Below are positions 9,792-17,970 of a stretch of DNA of 64,000 bases, in pieces. Position numbers and translations under genes: made by a program. The notes under the pieces were generated by a model that worked only from the letters and a program-made list of their open reading frames with translations, did not search any database and was not told the DNA's origin. The stretch comes from a bacterium (GTDB lineage: Bacteria; 4484-113; JAFGCY01), in NCBI GenBank assembly GCA_016932385.1, contig JAFGCY010000011.1, positions 20,267 through 84,266 of the forward strand. The letters run 5' to 3'. Position 1 is the stretch's first letter, and each line of letters starts with the position of its first letter.

Positions 9792-10912
9792 CGCGCCACC
9801 TCGTTCAATACGGCGGCGAACTGCTCCGCCGCGCGGTCCCAGGAGAACAATTGCGCCCGTTGGCGCGCCTGGTCCGCCAATTCGCCGCGCAGCCGGCTGT
9901 CCCGCGCCAGTTCCAGCGTCCGTTGATACAGCTGCTCCGCGTCGCCGTCGGGCACCAGCACCGCCGTGACATGCTCGGCATGCGCGCCGGCGTCATAGGC
10001 CACCGCCGGCACGCCATGCCAGGCCGCCTCGACGATCGGCAGGTTGAAGCCCTCCCAGCGCGAGGCGCACAGATAGACGTCCAGCGCGCTGTAGAACGCC
10101 GGCATCTCGGCGGGCGGCAGATTGACAATCGGCAACGCGCCCTCGTCGCGCACCCAGGCCTCGTCCGCCGGGCTGCCGATCCCGCACAGCACGAGCTGCG
10201 TATTCGGTAATTGCTCGTGGATGCGCCGGCCGATCTGAAGCACCTCGCGCGTGCCTTTATACGGTGGGTGGTCGCGGTGCAACCGGCCGCAATAGCCCAG
10301 CACCACGGCGTCCTCCGCAATGCCGTGGCGGCGGCGGAACTCGACTCGGGCCTGCGACGGGGCCGGGTAGTAATGATCGCCGCCCAGGTACACCACGCGC
10401 CCGTGCCGCTGCACGTCATAGCTTTGCTGCTCGTTGAGGAAGCGGCTGATGCTGACCACGCAGGCGCTGTGCGGCTTGTGCAGCCAGCGCTCGGCGAAGT
10501 CCAGCCAGGCCCAGTTGAGCTTGCCCTTCCAGGTGAACCCGCTGGTCGGCACGTTGCCGAAGTTGAAGAACACACTCGGCACGCCGAACACGCGTCCCGC
10601 GCCGTAGTAGGGATGCGTACAGGGCACGATCACGTCGTAATCCTCGCCGGAGTCGACCAGGCGCTGCTTCAGGCCTCTCAGGGCTCGCCAGGCGTTGAAC
10701 TCCAAGAGCGGCAGCACGCGGTTGACCGGCGCGCCATAGACGATGATCTCGCGCAGGTCGTAAGGCGCGTCGTCGTAGGTGCCGTCGGACGTGGGCGTCC
10801 AGACGTCGACCGTCATCCCGTGCCGTTCGACCAGCCTTTGGGCGATCTCATGTACCGTCAGGTCGACGCCATAGCCGAGCATCATCCGCGTGGTGAAGAA
10901 AGCAACGCGCAC
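9788..10912 (-). CDS. Glycosyltransferase family 4 (GT-B fold)
   Basis: 374 aa. The C-terminal half carries the E-x7-E region typical of GT4 (SRWEGFNLPIVEAAWHGVPAVAYDAG). Confidence 0.85.
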   Translation of the reverse strand: MRVAFFTTRMMLGYGVDLTVHEIAQRLVERHGMTVDVWTPTSDGTYDDAPYDLREIIVYGAPVNRVLPLLEFNAWRALRGLKQRLVDSGEDYDVIVPCTHPYYGAGRVFGVPSVFFNFGNVPTSGFTWKGKLNWAWLDFAERWLHKPHSACVVSISRFLNEQQSYDVQRHGRVVYLGGDHYYPAPSQARVEFRRRHGIAEDAVVLGYCGRLHRDHPPYKGTREVLQIGRRIHEQLPNTQLVLCGIGSPADEAWVRDEGALPIVNLPPAEMPAFYSALDVYLCASRWEGFNLPIVEAAWHGVPAVAYDAGAHAEHVTAVLVPDGDAEQLYQRTLELARDSRLRGELADQARQRAQLFSWDRAAEQFAAVLNEVAR

Positions 10913-11005
10913 CGGGATATTGTAGTGGCCCGCTGGCCTGGCGATTCAAGTGGCTACCTCGTTTTCAGGCAGAAGTGGCATCCTTGCGCACCAAAACAAA
11001 CGGGT

Positions 11006-12415
11006 ATGTTAATAATGATGGGACGGGGAACAACGGCTGCACTTCTGTTTGGTCTCAGCCTGATTGCCGCGGTCAGCCTGACCGGATGCGGCGGAGACGG
11101 GTCCAGCCTGACCGATGCGGCGCTCGAGCAGGCGGAACCAGTGGCGGATCGTACTAAGACCGAGATACCGGCGCCCAACGAGCTGAAGGTTCCCAGCGGC
11201 ATCGAGTCGGGGGTTTGCCGCCTGGGCAGCCATTACCAGTCCAATTGGCCGTATCTGGGTGTCGTGCGCGAGTACAACGAGCAAGTATCGATCCGGCCGC
11301 ACTACGACGACAATTGGGATTTGGATTATCCCGGCTTTGCGATCTATGCCTTCGATCTCAATGGCCAGGTCCACGACGGGCTGCTGCGCCTCGATGTTTA
11401 CCGTTACAGCCACAACTCCGTTTTACGTGAAAAGGTCTGGATCGGCCTGGCGGACTACTGGCGGAACTGCTGGGATTGGTACCAGTGTTCGCCAGACTGG
11501 ACGGTGCCGACTGATCCGGACCGGCATTACTTCAACGGGTCGCTGAAGGTTGCCGTGGTCTGCATGTCGACGCTGCAGCTGAACTCGATCCGGCTGGTCG
11601 AAGAGCTGCCGCCGCGCCTATACAACGTCTATCCGCGGATCTGTGTTAGCGGCGAGGATGTGGTGTTCGAAGGCAATTACTACGTTAAGAGATGGAACCG
11701 CGAGTACGGTGAACCCGTCGACTGGGAATGGCAGGTCGGCAACGACCACTGGCAGGCCACCTCGACCGAGGTCCAGCCGAGTTTCAGCTTTCCGGCCGCC
11801 GGCGAGTATATTATCGAGGTTACCGCCGGTAATGCGGCGGGATTGTACCGGTATACCTCCAATCTGGTTGTTGAAGCGCCCGGTCCGTACCGGCCAGGCC
11901 ACCTGTATGCCGTACCGGTTAAAACCGACGTCGCGGTCGACGAACCGGTGACGATCGAGTTCATCACCGGCAGCCTGCCACCGGACCGGCCGTTTCACTA
12001 CTTAAACGGCATTGGCTTGCTTACATCAGCAGGTGCGGAATACGTTGGCAACACGCTCAATGTCGGCCGAATCGGCGGCGACCCGACAGAACTTGACGGA
12101 ATCTGGATTGCCCAGGATCCATTGCCGGTGGCTTTTTTCACCTCGGAAGGTCTGATTTCCCCCCATTTAACTGAAGTGCCCGGCCTGGTTCGCTTTGACC
12201 TGGCTGTTGTTCCGATTGGTGGCCAACAAACGTTTCAGGATGGAGTAATCTGCAATCTCCAGCTGGCCTTCACCCAACCCGGAGAGTATCGACTGAGCTT
12301 CCAAGAGCGTGAGGTGGTGAGTCGCACCTACTACTCCGATTCGGATTCTTCGGAGCATTTCTGGTACGACATCAGTAACGACGGAGTACCCAACACGATC
12401 ACTGTCACCGAGTAG
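11006..12415 (+). CDS. Lipoprotein with N-terminal domain + PKD-like Ig domain + cohesin-like C-terminal module
   Basis: The real start is taken at ATG 11006 (MLIMMGRGTTAALLFGLSLIAAVSLTGCGGDGS; signal + lipobox). The 5' 795 nt of tracked ORF 10211..12415 is antisense to the GT4 gene and is R/A/H-rich. It shares a three-module layout and C-terminal block (ICNLQLAFTQPGEYRLSFQERE..YY....WYDISN) with the 26963..28360 product. Confidence 0.75.
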   Translation: MLIMMGRGTTAALLFGLSLIAAVSLTGCGGDGSSLTDAALEQAEPVADRTKTEIPAPNELKVPSGIESGVCRLGSHYQSNWPYLGVVREYNEQVSIRPHYDDNWDLDYPGFAIYAFDLNGQVHDGLLRLDVYRYSHNSVLREKVWIGLADYWRNCWDWYQCSPDWTVPTDPDRHYFNGSLKVAVVCMSTLQLNSIRLVEELPPRLYNVYPRICVSGEDVVFEGNYYVKRWNREYGEPVDWEWQVGNDHWQATSTEVQPSFSFPAAGEYIIEVTAGNAAGLYRYTSNLVVEAPGPYRPGHLYAVPVKTDVAVDEPVTIEFITGSLPPDRPFHYLNGIGLLTSAGAEYVGNTLNVGRIGGDPTELDGIWIAQDPLPVAFFTSEGLISPHLTEVPGLVRFDLAVVPIGGQQTFQDGVICNLQLAFTQPGEYRLSFQEREVVSRTYYSDSDSSEHFWYDISNDGVPNTITVTE

Positions 12416-12426
12416 CGTGCATTGCG

Positions 12427-12432
12427 TATAAT
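12427..12432 (+). promoter_or_regulatory. Candidate -10 box (TATAAT) 6 nt upstream of the mce start codon
   Basis: TATAAT at 12427-12432 is followed by CCCCCC and then ATG 12439. No Shine-Dalgarno is present. The -35 is poor (GTCACC at 17-nt spacing). Confidence 0.3.
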
Positions 12433-12438
12433 CCCCCC

Positions 12439-12840
12439 ATGTTCAGACTGGACCACATCGGTGTCGTCGTCGAAAAGCTCGAGCCCATGGTCGAGCTCTA
12501 CTGCCGGCTGCTCAACTACCCGCCGGACAAGGTCGAATATCACGACGTGCCCTCCGAGGGCGTGCGCGTGGCGATGCTCAAGGGCAACACGATCCTCGAG
12601 TTTTTACAGCCGACAGATCCCGACAGCGGCATCGGCAAGTTTCTGGCCAAGCGCGGAGCGGGCTTCCACCACTTTTGCTACGGCGCCGACGCGCCCGTGG
12701 AAAACAAACTCGCGGAACTGAAAGCCAACGGGTTTGCCGTCCTGAGCGACGAACCGCGCCAGGGCGCCGAAGGCCGCGTGTTCTTCGTGCATCCCAAGAG
12801 CGCCGGCGGCATCTTGACCGAGTTTGTCGAGAACGAGTAA
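12439..12840 (+). CDS. mce: Methylmalonyl-CoA epimerase (VOC/glyoxalase superfamily)
   Basis: 133 aa. MFRLDHIGVVV...GVRVAMLKGNTILEFLQP...IGKFLAKRGAGFHHFCY...VFFVHPKSAGGILTEFVE is the characteristic epimerase pattern. Confidence 0.8.
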   Translation: MFRLDHIGVVVEKLEPMVELYCRLLNYPPDKVEYHDVPSEGVRVAMLKGNTILEFLQPTDPDSGIGKFLAKRGAGFHHFCYGADAPVENKLAELKANGFAVLSDEPRQGAEGRVFFVHPKSAGGILTEFVENE

Positions 12841-12900
12841 CCGTAAGAGTCTGTTAGAATTGCCGGGCCCCGTCCCGGGTCCAGGAGTAGCACAACAGCC

Positions 12901-13860
12901 GTGGAATCATCCCTCGTTACGCCATGGTGGTTCTGGGTCGCGTTCATCGCCTTCGTCTTGGTGATGCTGACGCTCGACCTGGGCGTATTCCACAAGCGCG
13001 GCCACACCGTCGGATTCAAGGAATCACTGAGCTGGTGCGGATTCTGGATCCTGCTGGCACTGGCCTTTAATGTCATCGTTTATTTCTGGCACGGAACCCA
13101 GGCCAGCCTGGAGTTTTTCACCGGTTACCTGCTGGAATACTCGCTGTCCATCGACAACATCTTCGTCTTCCTGCTGCTAACAAGCTATTTCAAAGTACCG
13201 CCGCGATACCAGCATCGCGTGCTGTTCTGGGGTATCATCGGCGCGTTGATCCTGCGCGGTCTGTTGATTATAGCCGGCATCGCACTGATCAACCTGTTCC
13301 ACTGGGTGCTCTATGCGTTTGGAGCGGTCCTGATCCTAAGCGGCCTGAAGATGGCCTGCAGCGCCGAAAAGAAGATAGACCCATCCAAGAACCCGGTGTT
13401 GAAGTTCCTCCGGCGGGTAATCCCCCTGAGTGATGATTACGACGAAGACCGATTCTTCATCCGCCGGGCCGGCCGATTGCTGGCCACACCGCTCTTGGTA
13501 GTGCTGATCTTCATCGAGCTGACCGATCTCGTCTTCGCCTTCGATTCCATTCCGGCGATTATCGGGATCACGCGCGATGCCTTCGTTGTCTATACGAGTA
13601 ACGTTTTTGCGATTTTCGGACTGAGAAGTCTGTACTTCGCGCTGGCTAATCTGGTTGGGATGTTCCGCTATCTGCCCTACGGATTGGCGGCCGTACTGAT
13701 ATTCGTTGGCATCAAGATGTGCATCGAGCCTTTTTACAGAGTCGAAGTCCTGGCTTCGCTGACAGTGATTGGCAGTATTCTGTGCGTAGCGATCGTCGCC
13801 TCGCTGATCGCCCGGCGTTACCAGCCGGAAAAGGCCGAATCGGCCGAACAAGAATCCTAA
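12901..13860 (+). CDS. TerC/Alx-family integral membrane protein
   Basis: GTG start. TerC signatures are GYLLEYSLSIDNIFVFLL and ELTDLVFAFDSIPAIIGIT. It has multiple TM helices. Confidence 0.9.
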   Translation: MESSLVTPWWFWVAFIAFVLVMLTLDLGVFHKRGHTVGFKESLSWCGFWILLALAFNVIVYFWHGTQASLEFFTGYLLEYSLSIDNIFVFLLLTSYFKVPPRYQHRVLFWGIIGALILRGLLIIAGIALINLFHWVLYAFGAVLILSGLKMACSAEKKIDPSKNPVLKFLRRVIPLSDDYDEDRFFIRRAGRLLATPLLVVLIFIELTDLVFAFDSIPAIIGITRDAFVVYTSNVFAIFGLRSLYFALANLVGMFRYLPYGLAAVLIFVGIKMCIEPFYRVEVLASLTVIGSILCVAIVASLIARRYQPEKAESAEQES

Positions 13861-13892
13861 AGGACTTGACGCCTGGGTTACAATGCTTAGCG

Positions 13893-14531
13893 ATGACCAA
13901 CACGGAAGCTAAATTGAGAAAGCCGCGCCAGCGGCTTGATCCCAGCGATGAGGTGTTGATCGGCCGACTGGCGGAAGGCGACCAGAGCGCCTTTAACGAG
14001 ATTTTCGACCGCTACCACCGGCAGATTTATAACTTCATCGCCAAACAGGTCAATGACCGCGAGAGCTGCGAGGACCTCACGCAGGAAGTTTTCATGCGCG
14101 TTTATAAAAGCGCGAGCAATTTCGATACTTCCAAGAAATTCACATCCTGGCTGTACAAAATCGCCTTGAACGAGGTCAAGCGCCATTGGAAGCGGACCGG
14201 CGCACGGCAAACCTACAGCCTGAATACCCCGCTGAGCAACGAGGCCGGCGAGGCCGAACGCGCCGACTTTATCGAAGACGCCCGTGAGGTGCCCGAGGAC
14301 TCCACCGAAAGCGAGCTGTTCTCCCGCAACCTGCGGCAGTTGATCGATCAGTTGCCGGACAAACAGCGCACCGTCGTGCTGCTGAAGGTCTATCAGGAGC
14401 TGACCTTCGAAGAGATCGCCGAGATCTGCGAATGCCCCTTGAGCACTGTACTATCACGCATGCGCTACGCCGTGGACAAGCTGCGCCGCTGGCTGGGCGT
14501 GGAGGACGGACAGGCCGAATATGGATTGTAA
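13893..14531 (+). CDS. ECF-type sigma-70 family RNA polymerase sigma factor
   Basis: Start taken at ATG 13893 (MTNTEAKL...). Region 2 is FNEIFDRYHRQIYNFI..DLTQEVFMRVY. Region 4 HTH is RTVVLLKVYQELTFEEIAEICECPLSTVLSRMRYAVDKLR. Confidence 0.9.
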   Translation: MTNTEAKLRKPRQRLDPSDEVLIGRLAEGDQSAFNEIFDRYHRQIYNFIAKQVNDRESCEDLTQEVFMRVYKSASNFDTSKKFTSWLYKIALNEVKRHWKRTGARQTYSLNTPLSNEAGEAERADFIEDAREVPEDSTESELFSRNLRQLIDQLPDKQRTVVLLKVYQELTFEEIAEICECPLSTVLSRMRYAVDKLRRWLGVEDGQAEYGL

Positions 14532-14760
14532 AAAGATTCAGAAACAGATTTTCCGGTTCATCTACGGCGAGTCCGATGAATACGAACTCCGCGCGATCAA
14601 GGCCCACCTGGAAATCTGTAACGCCTGCGAGGCGGAACAGAAAATCATCGAAGAGATCCTGGTGCAGATCAAGTCCGGCGTACCGGACGACCCGGTTCCC
14701 GACGGCTTCAAGGAGCGCGTACTCAGCCAAGTCCAGGCGCTGGCGGAACAGGATTCCTGA
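14521..14760 (+). CDS. Short soluble ZAS-type anti-sigma factor (zf-HC2)
   Basis: It overlaps the sigma gene by 11 nt. The HxxxCxxC motif is HLEICNAC. It is 79 aa with no hydrophobic TM segment. Confidence 0.7.
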   Translation: MDCKKIQKQIFRFIYGESDEYELRAIKAHLEICNACEAEQKIIEEILVQIKSGVPDDPVPDGFKERVLSQVQALAEQDS

Positions 14761-14815
14761 CCGGTTTTCAGAGGGTCAGATGAATTGAGAACGCATCCCA
14801 TTTGCCGGCAAGCTG

Positions 14816-14843
14816 TTGCATTCAAGTAAAATGCCGGTATAAT
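14816..14843 (+). promoter_or_regulatory. Predicted sigma70-type promoter
   Basis: -35 TTGCAT (14816-14821), 16-nt spacer, -10 TATAAT (14838-14843). A 6-bp hairpin GTCGCC/GGCGAC (14849-14866) lies immediately downstream. Confidence 0.45.
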
Positions 14844-14906
14844 AGCGCGTCGCCAAAATGGGCGACAGGAAAAATTTAACTAAAACCACGCGAAGGAGGT
14901 CGGTCG

Positions 14907-14978
14907 ATGAGGAGCATGAAGAACGGGCCAGTAATGACGAGCACCACGGCGGCCGAACTCCCGCGATCTCGAAACTGA
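14907..14978 (+). CDS. Candidate 23-codon upstream ORF / leader peptide (MRSMKNGPVMTSTTAAELPRSRN)
   Basis: Strong Shine-Dalgarno AAGGAGG (14893-14899) lies 7 nt upstream of ATG 14907. It sits downstream of the predicted promoter and 152 nt upstream of the methyltransferase start. It is too short to judge by composition. Confidence 0.3.
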   Translation: MRSMKNGPVMTSTTAAELPRSRN

Positions 14979-15130
14979 TTTCTTAGAGTTCTTCCGCCTT
15001 TAACCAAGGTTTCCCGTCATTCTGAGCACCGGTGGCGTACGGTTCACGCCTGTTCACGCCCAGACCCGGTCAGCCAGCTTCCCCATGCCGACGACGGACA
15101 CACCCTGCAAGCGATTATGTGGAGGATGAA

Positions 15131-15946
15131 ATGGTAGATCACGAGCTAGCTACGGCCAACGGCTACAGCGTTACCGCCCGGTATTACGACGATGTCTATA
15201 CCGAGCAAACCGCTCCGGTCGACCAGCCGTTTTACCTCCATTACGCCGAACAGGCACCGGGTGCCGTGTTGGAGCTGGGTTGCGGTACGGGCCGCGTCAC
15301 ACTGCCGCTGGCCCGGGCCGGCCACCGGATTACCGCGCTGGATCTGGCCACGGACATGCTGGCGATTTTCAAGCGCAAGCTGGCCCAGGAGCCCGCCGAC
15401 GTGCAGGAACGCGTCAGCGTGGTCCGGGGCGACATGGCGGAGTTCGAGCTAGCCGAGCGCTTCGGACTGGTGATCTCGCCGTTCCGCGCCTTCCAGCACC
15501 TGCTGGAGCCGGAGCAGCAGCGCCGGTGCCTGGAGCGGGTGGCCCGGCACTTGCAGCCCGAGGGCCGGTTCGTGTTCAATGCGTTCCAGCCGAACCTGCG
15601 CTACATCGTCAAGGCCCAGGAGTTGGCCGGCACGTTCAAGCAGGTCAACCAGGCCACGTTGGACGACGAGAACCGGATCCTGCGGCGCTATGTCCAGCTG
15701 ACGCCACATCCGGGCTTGCAGCGGCATCAGATCCTGTGGAAATACGAGATCTGCGACCGCTTCGGCAAGGTGGTCGAGACCCAGTTGGAAGAGATGTGGT
15801 TGCGCTGGTTCTACCGCTGGGAGGCGGAGTACCTGCTGGAGCTCAGCGGCCTGGCGATTGTCGAAGCCTACGGCGGCTTCGACAAACGTCCGTTGGACGA
15901 GAACGCCGCCGAGTTGATTTATATCTGCCGGCGCAAGGAAAGCTGA
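15131..15946 (+). CDS. Class I SAM-dependent methyltransferase
   Basis: GGAGG lies 5 nt upstream of ATG 15131. Motif I is VLELGCGTGRVTLPLA, followed by ITALDLATDML, VRGDM and LVISPFRAF. Substrate unknown. Confidence 0.85.
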   Translation: MVDHELATANGYSVTARYYDDVYTEQTAPVDQPFYLHYAEQAPGAVLELGCGTGRVTLPLARAGHRITALDLATDMLAIFKRKLAQEPADVQERVSVVRGDMAEFELAERFGLVISPFRAFQHLLEPEQQRRCLERVARHLQPEGRFVFNAFQPNLRYIVKAQELAGTFKQVNQATLDDENRILRRYVQLTPHPGLQRHQILWKYEICDRFGKVVETQLEEMWLRWFYRWEAEYLLELSGLAIVEAYGGFDKRPLDENAAELIYICRRKES

Positions 15947-16039
15947 CGCCGGCTACGTCAGAAACGTAAACCTGTTGTGATGTCAGATGCCCGTACCCCG
16001 GTGCGAGGCCGGTTCTTCCCTAAGCGGAGGAGGAATACC

Positions 16040-16315
16040 ATGTCAGCCGTACTGGGCAACCAGAAATGCGAAACAATCGGCCTGGCCGTGGCGGAAGAAC
16101 TCGTCGTGGTTCAGTGGCTGAAACACGTGTACCACCAGGCCTCAACAAGTTGGGACCGGTGGCTCTACCCCGACGCGGCGGATAATGCGCGCCGGCGGGG
16201 TCCGTCCGTGATTCCCGACATCGTGGCCGTGGAATTCATGGAGCTGTCGCAGCATGCCGACCTGCGTTGGGTGCTGCTCCTTGAGGACGTCAACACTTTG
16301 ACGGCGCGCGACTGA
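16040..16315 (+). CDS. Hypothetical protein (91 aa)
   Basis: GGAGGAGG Shine-Dalgarno 6 nt upstream of ATG 16040. No recognisable motif. Confidence 0.5.
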   Translation: MSAVLGNQKCETIGLAVAEELVVVQWLKHVYHQASTSWDRWLYPDAADNARRRGPSVIPDIVAVEFMELSQHADLRWVLLLEDVNTLTARD

Positions 16316-16390
16316 TCGGTCCACGCCGTCCTGGCGGCGGACCGGCCTGTGCCTCCGGGCCTGGCCGGCCCGTCAGCCAAGGATGAGGAT

Positions 16391-17368
16391 ATGATGGATG
16401 CACTAAGCGAAACTAAACTGACGGAAGCCGTGATGGATCTGGTGGAGGTTGATGCGAGCGTTGATGCACTGCACTGCCAGGGCGTAACCAAACACTTCTC
16501 GGCCAGCCTGGACAAAAAGGACCGGCCGCCGGCGAAGAACCGGTTGCACGGCCTGTGGCAACGCATCGTGCCGCCCCGCCGCCGCAAGCAGGCGGTGGAC
16601 AACGTCTCGCTGAAGCTGAAGCGCGGTGAGATTTTCGGCGTGGTCGGGCATAACGGCAGCGGCAAGAGCACCCTGATCCGGATGATCAGCACGCTGTTGA
16701 CGCCGGACGCCGGCACGATCAGCGTCTTCGGCTTCGATCCGCAACGCGATCCGTACAAGGTACAGCGCCTGATCAACCGCGTCAGTGTGGATGCCGCGTT
16801 CTTCAAGAAACTCTCGGCTAACGAGAACCTGCTCTACGCCGCCCGGCTGTACGGCGTGGAGGACAAGTACGCCCTTAAACGGGCCGAGGAGATCCTGAAG
16901 CTGCTCGGCCTGGAAGAGGGGCGGCTGACCGACAGCTTGCAGGAGCTCAGCCGCGGCATGCAGCAGAAGGTCGCCGTGGCCCGGGCGCTGTTGACCAGCC
17001 CGGTGCTGCTGCTGTTGGACGAGCCGACGACGGGCCTGGATCCCAAGTCCAAGCGCGACGTGCAGGACTTCATCCTGGAGCTGCAGCGGATCCACGACGC
17101 CACCGTGCTGCTGACCAGCCATGACATGGACGAGGTAGAGCGGCTCTGCGGCCGGATCGCCTTGATGAACGAAGGGCACTTCGTCGCCCGGGGTACGGCG
17201 GAAGAGCTGAAGCAGCGCGTGCTGGAGCGGCGCATTGAGCGGGCCGCCAGCGGCGAAACGGCCGATGCCGACAGGCGCAGCAACGGCACGGGCGAGGTCA
17301 CGATGGAGGACGTCTTCATCGAGCTGACCGGCAGCGAGTGGAAATCCGCCGAGGAGGACGTGGACTGA
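16391..17368 (+). CDS. ABC transporter ATP-binding protein (DrrA-like, ABC-2 type partner)
   Basis: Walker A GHNGSGKST, signature LSRGMQQK, Walker B LLLLDEPTTGLD, H-loop LLTSHD. The start at the ATG at 16391 is preceded by AAGGATGAGGA. Confidence 0.9.
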   Translation: MMDALSETKLTEAVMDLVEVDASVDALHCQGVTKHFSASLDKKDRPPAKNRLHGLWQRIVPPRRRKQAVDNVSLKLKRGEIFGVVGHNGSGKSTLIRMISTLLTPDAGTISVFGFDPQRDPYKVQRLINRVSVDAAFFKKLSANENLLYAARLYGVEDKYALKRAEEILKLLGLEEGRLTDSLQELSRGMQQKVAVARALLTSPVLLLLDEPTTGLDPKSKRDVQDFILELQRIHDATVLLTSHDMDEVERLCGRIALMNEGHFVARGTAEELKQRVLERRIERAASGETADADRRSNGTGEVTMEDVFIELTGSEWKSAEEDVD

Positions 17369-17383
17369 CCGTCCCAGTTGGCT

Positions 17384-17953
17384 ATGCAAGTTAGGGTGAC
17401 CGGAAAACTAGTCAGGCTGCGTCCGTTTCAGGATCTGGAGGAACTCGCCACGCTGACGCAAGTACTGAACACGGAAGACCAGTTCTGGGGCTCGAGTTGG
17501 TGGCCGCTGGCGCAAATGCGGCAAGGCTTTGAGCAACATGCCATGTTGGACGATAGCTGTTGGTTCAGCTTTGCCGCCATCGACCGGCTGGACACTCCGG
17601 AGTTGATCGGCTATGAGGTCATCCAATTACCCAAGCCGGGGCAATTGAGTGCGGAGATCGGCACCGGGATTCTAAAGCAGCACTGGCACAACGGCTTTGG
17701 CCGCGAGGCCAAGCAACTGGCGCTGAAGCTGCTGTTTGAAAATTACGCGTTGGAGTGCATTACCGCCACCACGCTGGTCCACCATCGCCGCGCGATCGCC
17801 GGCCTGGACGCGATCGGCATGCGGCGCGAGGGTTCGATCCGGCGCAGCTTTTTCACCGGCGGTAAGTACGCCGACAAGGTCAAGTACATCATCACGCGCC
17901 AGGAATGGCAGCGAATGCAATCAGAAAACGAATCACGCAGGCCCGAGGCCTGA
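17384..17953 (+). CDS. GNAT N-acetyltransferase, RimJ/RimL-like (array member A1)
   Basis: N-terminus MQVRVTGKLVRLRPF. Acetyl-CoA loop region HWHNGFGREAKQLALKLLFEN. It aligns along its full length with the six other type-A paralogs. Confidence 0.8.
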   Translation: MQVRVTGKLVRLRPFQDLEELATLTQVLNTEDQFWGSSWWPLAQMRQGFEQHAMLDDSCWFSFAAIDRLDTPELIGYEVIQLPKPGQLSAEIGTGILKQHWHNGFGREAKQLALKLLFENYALECITATTLVHHRRAIAGLDAIGMRREGSIRRSFFTGGKYADKVKYIITRQEWQRMQSENESRRPEA

Positions 17954-17970
17954 GCACGGAAGGAGCAACC

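Noticed and set aside
10211-11005. N-terminal 265 codons of tracked ORF 10211..12415.
   Set aside because: This part is antisense to the well-supported GT4 gene and is R/A/H/V-rich. A signal peptide + lipobox begins at the internal ATG 11006, so only 11006..12415 is called.
12841-12900. Possible yybP-ykoY (Mn2+) riboswitch upstream of the TerC-family gene, where such riboswitches are often found.
   Set aside because: The intergenic space is only 60 nt and contains just one short CCGGG/CCCGG hairpin. That is too short for the four-helix yybP-ykoY fold as I remember it.
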